Below are positions 55,051 to 63,212 of a stretch of 64,000 nt of DNA, piece by piece. The translations under genes were made by a program, and so were the position numbers. Below the pieces are notes generated by a model that made no database searches, was not told the DNA's origin, and saw only the letters and a list, made by a program, of their open reading frames with translations. This DNA is from an uncultured Acidobacteriota bacterium. GTDB lineage: Bacteria; Acidobacteriota; UBA4820; DSQY01. Each line of letters begins with the position of its first letter. Position 1 is the stretch's first letter. The stretch spans positions 65,388 to 129,387 of the forward strand of contig CAVYWK010000022.1 in the NCBI GenBank assembly GCA_963772255.1, in the 5' to 3' direction.

Positions 55051-56234
55051 CTACATCGATTCGATGGCCATGGCGACGCCGTTCCCGCCGCCGAGGCACA
55101 GGCTCACAATCCCCCTCCGGGCGCCCCGGTCCTTCATGGCGTAGAGGAGGGTGAGCAGGCAACGGGTGCCCGATGCGCCGATGGGGTGCCCCAGGGCCAC
55201 GGCACCGCCGTTCACGTTCACCTTTTCGGCGGGAGGCCCAGGACCTTGAGGAGGGCGCAGGACTGGGCTGCGAAGGCCTCGTTGAGCTCGAAGAGGTCCA
55301 CGCTTTTCAGGTCCCAGCCCGCCTTGGTTGCCGCGGCCCGCACGGCGGGTTCAGGGGTCATCATGACCCACCGGGGTTCGAGCCCAGAAGTGGCGTAGGC
55401 CACGATGCGCCCCAGCGGAGCCACGCCCTTCTTCTCCGCCACAGACGCCGTGGTCACCACCACCGCCGCCCCGCCGTCGTTGATTTGGCTCGCGTTCCCC
55501 GCGGTCACTACGCCGTCCTTCTTGAAGGCCGGGCGGAGCTTGGCCAGGCCCTCGAGGGAGACATCGGCGCGGATACCCTCGTCCGCGCGGAACTGGACGG
55601 GGTCCCCCTTCTTCTGCGGGATGGGCACGGCGAAGGTCTCCCCGTCGAACCTGCCCGCAGCCCACGCGGCGGCGGCCCGGCGGTGGCTCTCCACGGAATA
55701 GGCGTCCATCTCCTGGCGGGAGATCTGATGCTCGCCGGCCACGAGCTCGGCGGTGAGTCCCATGTGCTGGCCATCGTATGCGTCGGTGAGGCCGTCGGCC
55801 ACCAGGGAGTCGGTCACCTCCCCGTGTCCCAAGCGGAAGCCCGTGCGCCCCTGCCTCAGCAGGTAGGGCGCGTTGGACATGGACTCCATGCCGCCCGCCA
55901 GGATCAACGCCGCGTCTCCCGCCCTGATGGCCTGGGCCGCCAGCATGACCGCCTTGAGCCCCGAACCGCAGACCTTGTTCACGGTGAAGGCGGCCACCGA
56001 GACGGGCAAGCCGGCCTTGAGGGCCGCCTGCCGCGCCGGGTTCTGTCCCACTCCCGCCTGGAGGACGTTGCCCAGGATGACCTCTTCTACCTCTGCGGGA
56101 TCCACCTTGCCGCGCGAGAGGGCCTCCCGGACGGCCACCGAACCGATTTCAGGTGCGGTCATGGCCGCCAGCGGGCCCTGGAATTTGGCGATGCCCGTTC
56201 GGGCTCCTGCGAGAATGACGATGGGATCCGACAT
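55051..56234 (-). pseudogene. bacterial-type acetyl-CoA C-acetyltransferase (thiolase II), one frameshift near the 3' end
   Basis: Starts [20 protein letters not shown] (GGAGGA upstream) and has [14 protein letters not shown] 55218..56279 stops after ..GLPPKR. Adding one base at ~55227 restores ..[60 protein letters not shown]-stop (55051). Confidence 0.85.
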
Positions 56235-56312
56235 GGTGTCCTCCTGGGGTGATGGGTGGGGGTTAGAAGCCTTCCTCATGCCACGGTGCGACCATGTCCC
56301 GTGAGCGGAACG

Positions 56313-57296
56313 CTAAGTCATGAACTGTTTGAGGGCGGGGCCCAGAACGATGAGGGAGTCGCCCGCATGGATCGGTGTGGACCCCTCCGGGTTGAACGCC
56401 ATGGTCCCGTCCGTGCGCTTGATGGCCACCACGAGAATCTTGTGCTTGCGGAGGAGGCCCGTTTCGGTCAGGGTCTTCCCCGCCAGCGAGCTCGTGGCCT
56501 TGACCGTGAATTCCTCCATCTGAAGCTGCAGGTTCTGCTTCTCCGTGGCCATTTCGATGAAGTCCGTCACGTGGGGGTTGAGGATCATTCGCGCGATGCG
56601 TTTGCCTCCCTCCCGGTGGGGGCTGATGACGTGGCTCGCGCCGGCATTCTGTAGGCGCTTGTCGGCGGAGGGGTCGTTGGCCCTGGCGATGATGTTCAGA
56701 TTTGGGTTCATGTCCCGGGCGGCGAGGATGAGGTAGAGGTTGTCCGCGTCCGCGGGCAGGAGCGCGATGAGGCCCCTGGCGCGCTCCACGCCGGCCTGCC
56801 TCAGGACGCTCTCCTCCCTGGCATCGGCTTGCATGGCCAGCACGCCACCGGCCTCCAATTCGGCCACCGTCTTGGGGTCGGACTCCACGACCACCAGAGG
56901 CGTTCCCTTCTTGATCAGCTCCGCGGTGACGATGGAGCCGATGCGGCCGTGCCCGCAGACGATGTAATGGTCCTGGAGTTCTCCGATTTTCCTGGTCATG
57001 CGACGCGCTCCGAAGGTCTCGATGAAGCCCTTCTCGAGGAGGACCCCGAACAGCTGGGTCAGGTGGTAGGAGAAGGTCGCCACGCCCACCACGATGAATG
57101 CGATGGTGAACAGTTTACCTTCCACGCTCAGAGGCTTCAACGTCCCGTACCCCACCGTCGACAGCGTGATCACGGTGAGGAAGAGCGCGTCCAGGAAAGG
57201 CATCCGCTCGATGAGCGCGAAGCCGAACGTGCCCACGGCCAGAAGGACCACCAGGCTGGCGACCAGCGTGATGAGCTTGTACCGCGATCGGGTCAC
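56313..57296 (-). CDS. potassium channel with TrkA-N/TrkA-C (RCK) domains
   Basis: Selectivity filter TLSTVGYG, Rossmann motif IVCGHGRIGS, and a C-terminal TrkA-C domain. GTG 57296 has AAGGGGG upstream, and TATAAT lies at 57316-57321 on the minus strand. The ORF track start is 57362. Confidence 0.85.
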   Translation of the reverse strand: MTRSRYKLITLVASLVVLLAVGTFGFALIERMPFLDALFLTVITLSTVGYGTLKPLSVEGKLFTIAFIVVGVATFSYHLTQLFGVLLEKGFIETFGARRMTRKIGELQDHYIVCGHGRIGSIVTAELIKKGTPLVVVESDPKTVAELEAGGVLAMQADAREESVLRQAGVERARGLIALLPADADNLYLILAARDMNPNLNIIARANDPSADKRLQNAGASHVISPHREGGKRIARMILNPHVTDFIEMATEKQNLQLQMEEFTVKATSSLAGKTLTETGLLRKHKILVVAIKRTDGTMAFNPEGSTPIHAGDSLIVLGPALKQFMT

Positions 57297-57315
57297 GACG
57301 CCCCCTTCTGTGCCG

Positions 57316-57321
57316 ATTATA
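57316..57321 (-). promoter_or_regulatory. candidate -10 box (TATAAT) for the K+ channel gene
   Basis: A perfect TATAAT on the minus strand ~20 nt upstream of the proposed GTG start. No convincing -35 box. Confidence 0.3.
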
Positions 57322-57421
57322 GCAGGCCGCAGGCGGAAGGTTGGGGGGAGGGGGGATGGCAAGGGGGTGCGGGAGATCTCGGAGAGAAGGACCCTCGATC
57401 CGAACGGGCCAGGGAGCCCTC

Positions 57422-58444
57422 TCAGGCCGAGTCGGACATGACCGGAGAGCTGCCCACGAGCCTGCGCGCCTCTTCGATCACCGCCTCCTGGGCCTCGCCA
57501 AGGGGCGACTGGACGCAGAATCCGGAAGCGAGGGGGTGGCCGCCTCCGCCGAAACGGTGGGCCAGGGCGTTGGCCCTCACGCGTCCCTTGCTTCGGGCGG
57601 AAACCTTGACGCTACCGGGCGTCACTTCCACGAAGAGGAGCGCCAGCTCCACCCCGGCCAGGGAGAGCGGGATGTTCACGACGGCGGAAAGGTCCATGGG
57701 ATCGACCCGGTTCCTGCGGAGCATTTCTGCGGTGACCTCCGAGTAGGCCACCTCTCCCGAGGGGTCCAGGCGCATGCGGGCGATGACTTCGCCCTCCATT
57801 CGGACCTCCTCCAAGGAGCGCTGCCAGTTCAACGCCATGTGGATCTTGTAGGGCTCCGCCCCGGCGGCCACGAGCTCCGAAGCATACTGGAAGGTTCGGG
57901 GAGAGCACCGCTCGTAGGAGAAGGAGCCGGTGTCGACGCTGATGGCCGCGAAGAGCGGCGCGGCCACTCGCGGGTCCATGCGGATCCCCGCGACCTTCAG
58001 GAGGCGGTAGAGAATTTCCCCCGTGGACCCCGAGGAGGAGTCCGAAAGGGAGTGTGCAAACGCCGGGTCCGCGTCCAAGTGGTGGTCCAGGCAAATCTTT
58101 GTGGCACCACTCTTCAGGAAGACCTCCTCCAGCCGGCCCAGGCGATAGGTGAGGCCCACGTCCAGCACCACGATGGCATCGGCGCGGGAGAGGAACTCCC
58201 CGTCTCGCGCGGGGTCATAGACCAGGATCTCGTCGGGATCCTCTTCCAGAAATCGGAGCGGTCGGGGCACGGCCGTGTCGTTGATGATCCGCGCCTCCTT
58301 TCCCATAGCCCTCAGCGCCCGCAGCAGGGCGAGTTCGCACCCGATGCCGTCACCGTCGCTCTTCACGTGGGTGGTCAGCCAGAGGACGCGCGCGCCCAAG
58401 AGGGCACGGGCGGGTGCAACGAAGTCGCTCTCGGTGAGTTTCAA
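57422..58444 (-). CDS. nrnA: DHH-family phosphoesterase (NrnA-like oligoribonuclease/pAp phosphatase)
   Basis: Motifs HVKSDGDGIG, DHH (CLDHHLD), DTGSF and GGGGHPLASG. A TTG start at 58444 overlaps the rsmI stop. The longer ORF (to 58714) overlaps rsmI. Confidence 0.8.
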   Translation of the reverse strand: MKLTESDFVAPARALLGARVLWLTTHVKSDGDGIGCELALLRALRAMGKEARIINDTAVPRPLRFLEEDPDEILVYDPARDGEFLSRADAIVVLDVGLTYRLGRLEEVFLKSGATKICLDHHLDADPAFAHSLSDSSSGSTGEILYRLLKVAGIRMDPRVAAPLFAAISVDTGSFSYERCSPRTFQYASELVAAGAEPYKIHMALNWQRSLEEVRMEGEVIARMRLDPSGEVAYSEVTAEMLRRNRVDPMDLSAVVNIPLSLAGVELALLFVEVTPGSVKVSARSKGRVRANALAHRFGGGGHPLASGFCVQSPLGEAQEAVIEEARRLVGSSPVMSDSA

Positions 58445-59253
58445 GTCCTGCTCCCCTTCACGATGGCGTAGACTTCCCTGCGCGGCACGCCCATCTCCCG
58501 GGCGACCCTGCGGAGGGCCTCCTTTTCCTCGATCCCCTCGTCGACGAATTGCCCCACGCGTCTCGCCGCTTCCTCGGGCGAACAGGGCACTGCTACCGGA
58601 GTGGGCGGAGGTCCGAACAGGACCACGAACTCGCCGCGCTCCGGAATCTGTTCCGGGTCCGACACGGGCCCCACCCACTCGAAGCGCTTGGTGAGCTCCC
58701 GCCCGACCACGCACTCCCTGCCGCCAAAGGCCGTCAGCGCCTCTTTCAGAAAGGACCTGACGCGGTGGGGCGCCTCATAAAAAACCAGGGTGGACGGATC
58801 TCCAGCCAGGCTCGAAAGAAACCTGGCGCGCTCCTGGGTTTTCCGGGGTGGAAATCCCAGGAATAGCACCCTCTGCGCCGGCAGGCCGCTCACCGAGAGC
58901 GCGGTGGCCAGGGCGGACGGTCCGGGGATGGGCACCACCGGAATCCCCGCCTGCCTGCATGCCCTGACGAGAAGGTATCCCGGGTCCGAAACGCCCGGTG
59001 TGCCGGCATCGGTCACGAGGGCGATGGAGTCCGTTCCCTTGAGGCGCTCGAGAATGGGCCCCAGCCGGCGCTCTTCATTTCCTGCGAAGTACGATTTCAG
59101 AGGCTTTTGGATGCCGTAACGGGCCGTGAGGGTTCGCGTGACCCGGGTGTCCTCGCAGAGGATGAGGTCCACGGATTTCAAGGTTTCCAGGGCACGCAGA
59201 GTGATATCTTCCAGATGCCCGATCGGTGTCGCCACCATGTAGAGTGTTCCCAT
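58441..59253 (-). CDS. rsmI: 16S rRNA (cytidine1402-2'-O)-methyltransferase
   Basis: Starts MGTLYMVATPIGHLEDITLRALETLKSVDLILCEDTR. It also has DAGTPGVSDPG and FYEAPHR. Confidence 0.9.
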   Translation of the reverse strand: MGTLYMVATPIGHLEDITLRALETLKSVDLILCEDTRVTRTLTARYGIQKPLKSYFAGNEERRLGPILERLKGTDSIALVTDAGTPGVSDPGYLLVRACRQAGIPVVPIPGPSALATALSVSGLPAQRVLFLGFPPRKTQERARFLSSLAGDPSTLVFYEAPHRVRSFLKEALTAFGGRECVVGRELTKRFEWVGPVSDPEQIPERGEFVVLFGPPPTPVAVPCSPEEAARRVGQFVDEGIEEKEALRRVAREMGVPRREVYAIVKGSRT

Positions 59254-59290
59254 GCTGTTTACCCACCCCAGGGTCGGCGGATTATAGCAC

Positions 59291-59296
59291 AAACGG
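59291..59296 (-). promoter_or_regulatory. candidate -10 box (TATAAT) for rsmI
   Basis: The minus strand reads gtgcTATAATccgcc 38 nt upstream of the rsmI ATG. The -35 candidate is weak (TTTTGT). Confidence 0.3.
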
Positions 59297-59735
59297 GCTG
59301 AGCACAAAATGACGGAGACGGGATGCCCAGCCATGACGAGATCCCTGGCCCGCGGCTTCGGGGCAGAAACCCATGCGCAATTTGCTCCGTTTGAACATGC
59401 CGGTGGCGGACCGGGAGCAAAAGTGCATCGTCCTTTCGAGACAGCAGCCGCCGGACGCCCATCCCATGTGCACACCGATTTGTACGGGAGTCCCTTTCAG
59501 GCAAAGACCCCGGCGAGCGGACATGAACCTGCAATAGATTCTTTGCCGCTTGGGACCCCAGTCAGTGCTCGCCCGGTTCGGCCCGATCCGAATCCCCATC
59601 GGGGACCTTCATGGAGCCGCCCTGGGAAAGACCGCAGGCTTCCTCCCACGTCTGGATTTGATCCTCAGGGCGAAGTGGAGTGGAATAAGATCTTTGCTGT
59701 GTTACAATTATCTCTGAATCATAAGTGAGGTTGAG

Positions 59736-60146
59736 ATGGCTCAGGATTCCAAAGAAACGGAGATCACCGTCACCATCGGACGGGTATCCGTGGAGACGGG
59801 ACTACCCATCAGCACCATCCGTTATTACGAAAAGGAATTCGGGAGTTACCTCCAGTTGCCCAAGACCCCCGGAGGTCACCGCAGGTTCCGCACCGAGGAT
59901 GTGGAGAAACTAAAGCGCATTCACTATCTGATTCACACCCAGGGACTCTCCCTCAAGGACGCCAAAACCAAACTCGTTTCGGATCGAGATCCGGTGTTGA
60001 TGAGGCGAGACCTCGATCTACTCCTGGAGGTTTTTGAAACCCTGGTGAGCGAAAACATCAAATTGCATCGAGCCATCGAGGACATGACGGCCCGTCTGCT
60101 CGCTCTGGAGGAGCAGGCCAAGAAGAAAAAATTCAAGCTTTTTTAG
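59736..60146 (+). CDS. MerR-family transcriptional regulator
   Basis: 136 aa. HTH: TIGRVSVETGLPISTIRYYEKEFG. It also has PGGHRRFRTEDVEKLKRI and a C-terminal coiled coil. Confidence 0.8.
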   Translation: MAQDSKETEITVTIGRVSVETGLPISTIRYYEKEFGSYLQLPKTPGGHRRFRTEDVEKLKRIHYLIHTQGLSLKDAKTKLVSDRDPVLMRRDLDLLLEVFETLVSENIKLHRAIEDMTARLLALEEQAKKKKFKLF

Positions 60147-61308
60147 GGACGAACCTCAGGCGCGCCACCCAGCCGTCGCCCGACCTCATGAGCTGGCCCG
60201 CTTCCGCCAGCACCCCGCCAGGGATGGCGTGGCGCTTCTGCCCGCTGACGACTTGCAGGGCGATGTGGATCCCCTCCAGATCCTGAAGGAACTCGGCGGG
60301 CACCTCCACGACGATGTCCGCCTCCACTCGCTTGGCTTGTTCCGCCACCAGGGCCAGGTCGTCCAGGGCCGGTTTCAGATCTCTGACCTTCGGCGCGCTG
60401 GGCGCCAAAATGGGACCTAAAAGGCTTTCCCGGATCCGATCCAGCTCGGAGGCGACGCGGCGTGCAGTCACCGAGACGGTTTTGACCTTGGGTGCCGTGG
60501 TGGCCAGCTCCTTCTCGTCCCCCTTGGTCTGGCGGGTGTCGAACTCGACGACCGGAACGGGAACCGGCGGCTGGGGCACAGGCGCCACCGCGGCGGAAGC
60601 GGACGCCACCTGAACCGGAGGCACAGGCGCAGGCGCAGGCGGAGTGAGCGGGGCCATCGCGGGGCGTGGAGCCGTCACAGCGGAGGCGGGGCTTGGGGCT
60701 GCCACTGCCGGCTCCGGCTTGGATAGCTTGTGCTTGAGGCTCCCGAGCGTGAGGCGGCTGATGGACTTGAGGGTGTCGAAAACCCCCATGCCGTTCACCG
60801 CGCTCGATTCGACCCGGGGCCACCCGTGCCAGTTCAGGTCTCTGTCCAGTTCCTCCGGGGTCAGGAGGTTGGTCAGGTCGCGCTTGTTGTACTGAAGGAC
60901 GAGGGGGATGTTCTTGATCTGGAGGCTCATTTCCTGGAGGTTTTTCTCCAGGTCCTTCAGGCTTTCGATGTTGGCCTCGCGCATGGGCCGCTGGGAATCC
61001 GCCACGAAGACCACGCCGTCCACGCCCCGCAGGACCATGCGGCGGGTCTCTCCGTAAAAGACCTGGCCAGGCACGGTGTAAAGCTGGAACCGGGTCTTGA
61101 ATCCGGCGATGACTCCCACCTCGAGCGGGAGGAGGTCGAAGAAGAGCGTCCGGTCCGACTCCGTCTCGAGCGAGACCATCTCCCCCCGGGACTTGGCGGA
61201 GGTCTTGTTGTAGATGTACTGGAGGTTGGTGGTCTTCCCGCACAGGCCGGGGCCGTAGTACACGATCTTGGCCGCCATCTGCATGGTCGCGTAGTTGAAA
61301 AATGCCAT
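60133..61308 (-). CDS. MglA-like Ras-superfamily GTPase with a ~200-aa C-terminal extension
   Basis: The N-terminal 195 aa are MglA-like (KIVYYGPGLCGKTTNL, YTVPGQVFY, LQYNKRDL). They are followed by a Pro/Ala-rich linker and a ~140-aa domain I cannot place. Confidence 0.8.
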   Translation of the reverse strand: MAFFNYATMQMAAKIVYYGPGLCGKTTNLQYIYNKTSAKSRGEMVSLETESDRTLFFDLLPLEVGVIAGFKTRFQLYTVPGQVFYGETRRMVLRGVDGVVFVADSQRPMREANIESLKDLEKNLQEMSLQIKNIPLVLQYNKRDLTNLLTPEELDRDLNWHGWPRVESSAVNGMGVFDTLKSISRLTLGSLKHKLSKPEPAVAAPSPASAVTAPRPAMAPLTPPAPAPVPPVQVASASAAVAPVPQPPVPVPVVEFDTRQTKGDEKELATTAPKVKTVSVTARRVASELDRIRESLLGPILAPSAPKVRDLKPALDDLALVAEQAKRVEADIVVEVPAEFLQDLEGIHIALQVVSGQKRHAIPGGVLAEAGQLMRSGDGWVARLRFVPKKA

Positions 61309-61325
61309 GGTTCCCCGCTCCAGAA

Positions 61326-62225
61326 CTATTTACTTTGCCATTCCGAGAGAAGCTTTGCAAGCGCGTCGTACGCTTCGGTCCGCTCCGGGTTTCTGCGCCG
61401 AGATAGGTCCAGGGCTCCGAGGGCGAGAACCCGATAGCGCTCTCTCACCTGTGGCCAGCGCTTCAGGGCCTGGAGGTGGTTCTTCACGGTCCGCGCGTCC
61501 CCTCTTTCCACGGGCCCAGTGATGGCGGCCACCGCCCCGCCAGCATAGAAATTTTCCACCGTTCCATCCACGAGTTGGTGAAAGGCCTCGTGGGCCGAAG
61601 CCGGATCCACTCCGGCCTTCACGAGCATGTCCTGGCTGTCGGCGAGCAGGGTCAGGACATGATTGGAGGCCATGACGGCGGCGGCGTGGTACAGGGTTTT
61701 GCCCCGGGGGGAGAGGATGAAGCTCTTTCCCGCCAGGGACTGGGCCATGGCCCTCATGACCTCCACCGCGGCGGGACGGCCCTCGATGGCGAAGGTGGCA
61801 CCCCTCAGGCGGCGTGCACCCGTCAGCGGATCGGGCAGGGTCATGATGGGATGGAAGGAACCCACGCTGGCACCCCGGAGACGGCAGATTTCGAGCGCGC
61901 GCGACGGCAGAGCGCCACTGAGGTGCAGGATCACCCGGCCCTCAAGGTGCTGGTCCTCCACGGCGATCCTCCGGTCCACCTCCGTGAAGGCGCCCTCGGG
62001 AACTCCCAGGATGATCACCACGCCCGGCGGCACCTCCGCCACGGATTGCAGGATCTGGCAGGCCAGCCACTGGGCGCCCTGCTCGGCGGATTGGGAGGTG
62101 ATGCACAGGCACCCGGCCACCTCCCATCCGGCGCTTTTCAGCGCCAGGGAGAGCGAGAGTCCCGCCTTCCCGCATCCGAGGAGAGCCAGCCGCTTGTTCG
62201 AGGGCGAGACGGCAAAGTCAGCCAT
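61326..62225 (-). CDS. Rossmann-fold oxidoreductase-like protein with DUF2520-type C-terminal domain
   Basis: Starts MADFAVSPSNKRLALLGCGKAGLSL (dinucleotide-binding GxGxxG). The C-terminal part is YHAAAVMASNHVLTL..ITGPVERGD. Confidence 0.7.
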   Translation of the reverse strand: MADFAVSPSNKRLALLGCGKAGLSLSLALKSAGWEVAGCLCITSQSAEQGAQWLACQILQSVAEVPPGVVIILGVPEGAFTEVDRRIAVEDQHLEGRVILHLSGALPSRALEICRLRGASVGSFHPIMTLPDPLTGARRLRGATFAIEGRPAAVEVMRAMAQSLAGKSFILSPRGKTLYHAAAVMASNHVLTLLADSQDMLVKAGVDPASAHEAFHQLVDGTVENFYAGGAVAAITGPVERGDARTVKNHLQALKRWPQVRERYRVLALGALDLSRRRNPERTEAYDALAKLLSEWQSK

Positions 62226-63210
62226 GGGTTCGGAAGGCCTCCATGATCGACAAAAACTCTTCGGGCAGGGGCGATTCCACGACCACCTCACCCGCCGCCG
62301 GACTGCGAAAGGAGAGCCGATGGGCGTGGAGGAAGAAGCGTCCCGCCGAGCGCACCCTCTCCTGAAGGATCTTGGATGGCAGACCGTTTTCGGGGTGGCC
62401 CCCGTACAGCGCATCCCCGAGCACGGGATGGCGGAGCAGGGCCAGGTGGAGCCGGACCTGGTGCGTGCGACCCGTACGGGGTTCGGCCTCCAGGAGGCTC
62501 ACGTGCGGCAGGCGCTCCCGCGTGGTCACCCGGGTCTGCGCGGGACGGCCGTCCTCCCTGATCGCCATCTTCTTCCGGTTCACCGCATGGCGGCCGATGG
62601 GGGCGTCCACCTCCACGGGTTCCCGGTCCAGGCTTCCCCAGGCGATGGCGAGGTACAGCTTGTGCACGGTCCGATCCCGAAACTGCTCCGAGAGTGCGGC
62701 GTGGGCCCGATCCGTCTTGGCCACGAGCAGGACCCCCGAAGTCTCCTTGTCCAGCCGGTGGAGGATGCCGGGGCGGTCGGGGGCCGACCCCGACGAGAAA
62801 ACCCGCCCGCTCCCCACGAGGGCGTTCACGAGGGTGTCGTCCCAGTGGCCCTTGGCCGGGTGGGTGACGAGCCCGGAAGGCTTGTCCACCGCGATGCAGG
62901 CTTCGTCCTCGTAGAGGAGGGTCAGGGGGAGGTCCATGGCCACGATTCCCGAGGGACGGGGTTCGGGCAGTTCCAGGATCACCACCTCTCCCTGTCGGGC
63001 CTCCGCGGAGGCCTTGGCGGGCGAGCCGCCCGCAGTAACCAACCCTTCGTCCATGAGCCTGCGGATTTGGGAGCGGGTCAGTCCCTGGTCTCTGAGCAGC
63101 CGAGCGAGGAGGGCGTCGAGCCGGCGCCCGCCCTCGGGCAATGTCACCGTGAGGCGCCGATACCGCGATGGCGGCACCGAAAGGGGCGGAATTTGAGTGC
63201 GCCGGGACAT
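62218..63210 (-). CDS. rluD: 23S rRNA pseudouridine synthase, RluA/RluD family
   Basis: It has an S4 domain (RLDALLARLL..LTRSQIRRLMDEG) and the catalytic HRLDKETSGVLLVAK. The start at MSRRTQIPP lies 3 nt after the lgt stop. The longer ORF overlaps lgt. Confidence 0.9.
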   Translation of the reverse strand: MSRRTQIPPLSVPPSRYRRLTVTLPEGGRRLDALLARLLRDQGLTRSQIRRLMDEGLVTAGGSPAKASAEARQGEVVILELPEPRPSGIVAMDLPLTLLYEDEACIAVDKPSGLVTHPAKGHWDDTLVNALVGSGRVFSSGSAPDRPGILHRLDKETSGVLLVAKTDRAHAALSEQFRDRTVHKLYLAIAWGSLDREPVEVDAPIGRHAVNRKKMAIREDGRPAQTRVTTRERLPHVSLLEAEPRTGRTHQVRLHLALLRHPVLGDALYGGHPENGLPSKILQERVRSAGRFFLHAHRLSFRSPAAGEVVVESPLPEEFLSIMEAFRTHG

Positions 63211-63212
63211 GG

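Noticed and set aside
59254-59735. Looked for RNase P RNA, SRP RNA, tmRNA, 6S or tRNA signatures in the largest spacers (also 36400-36873, 41124-41350, 14443-14745)
   Set aside because: I saw no GAGGAAAGTCC / ACAGAA..GGCTTA pair in the right order, no GGTTCGAATCC T-loop, no SRP GGAAGCAGCC motif and no tmRNA ends. Absence by eye is not proof.
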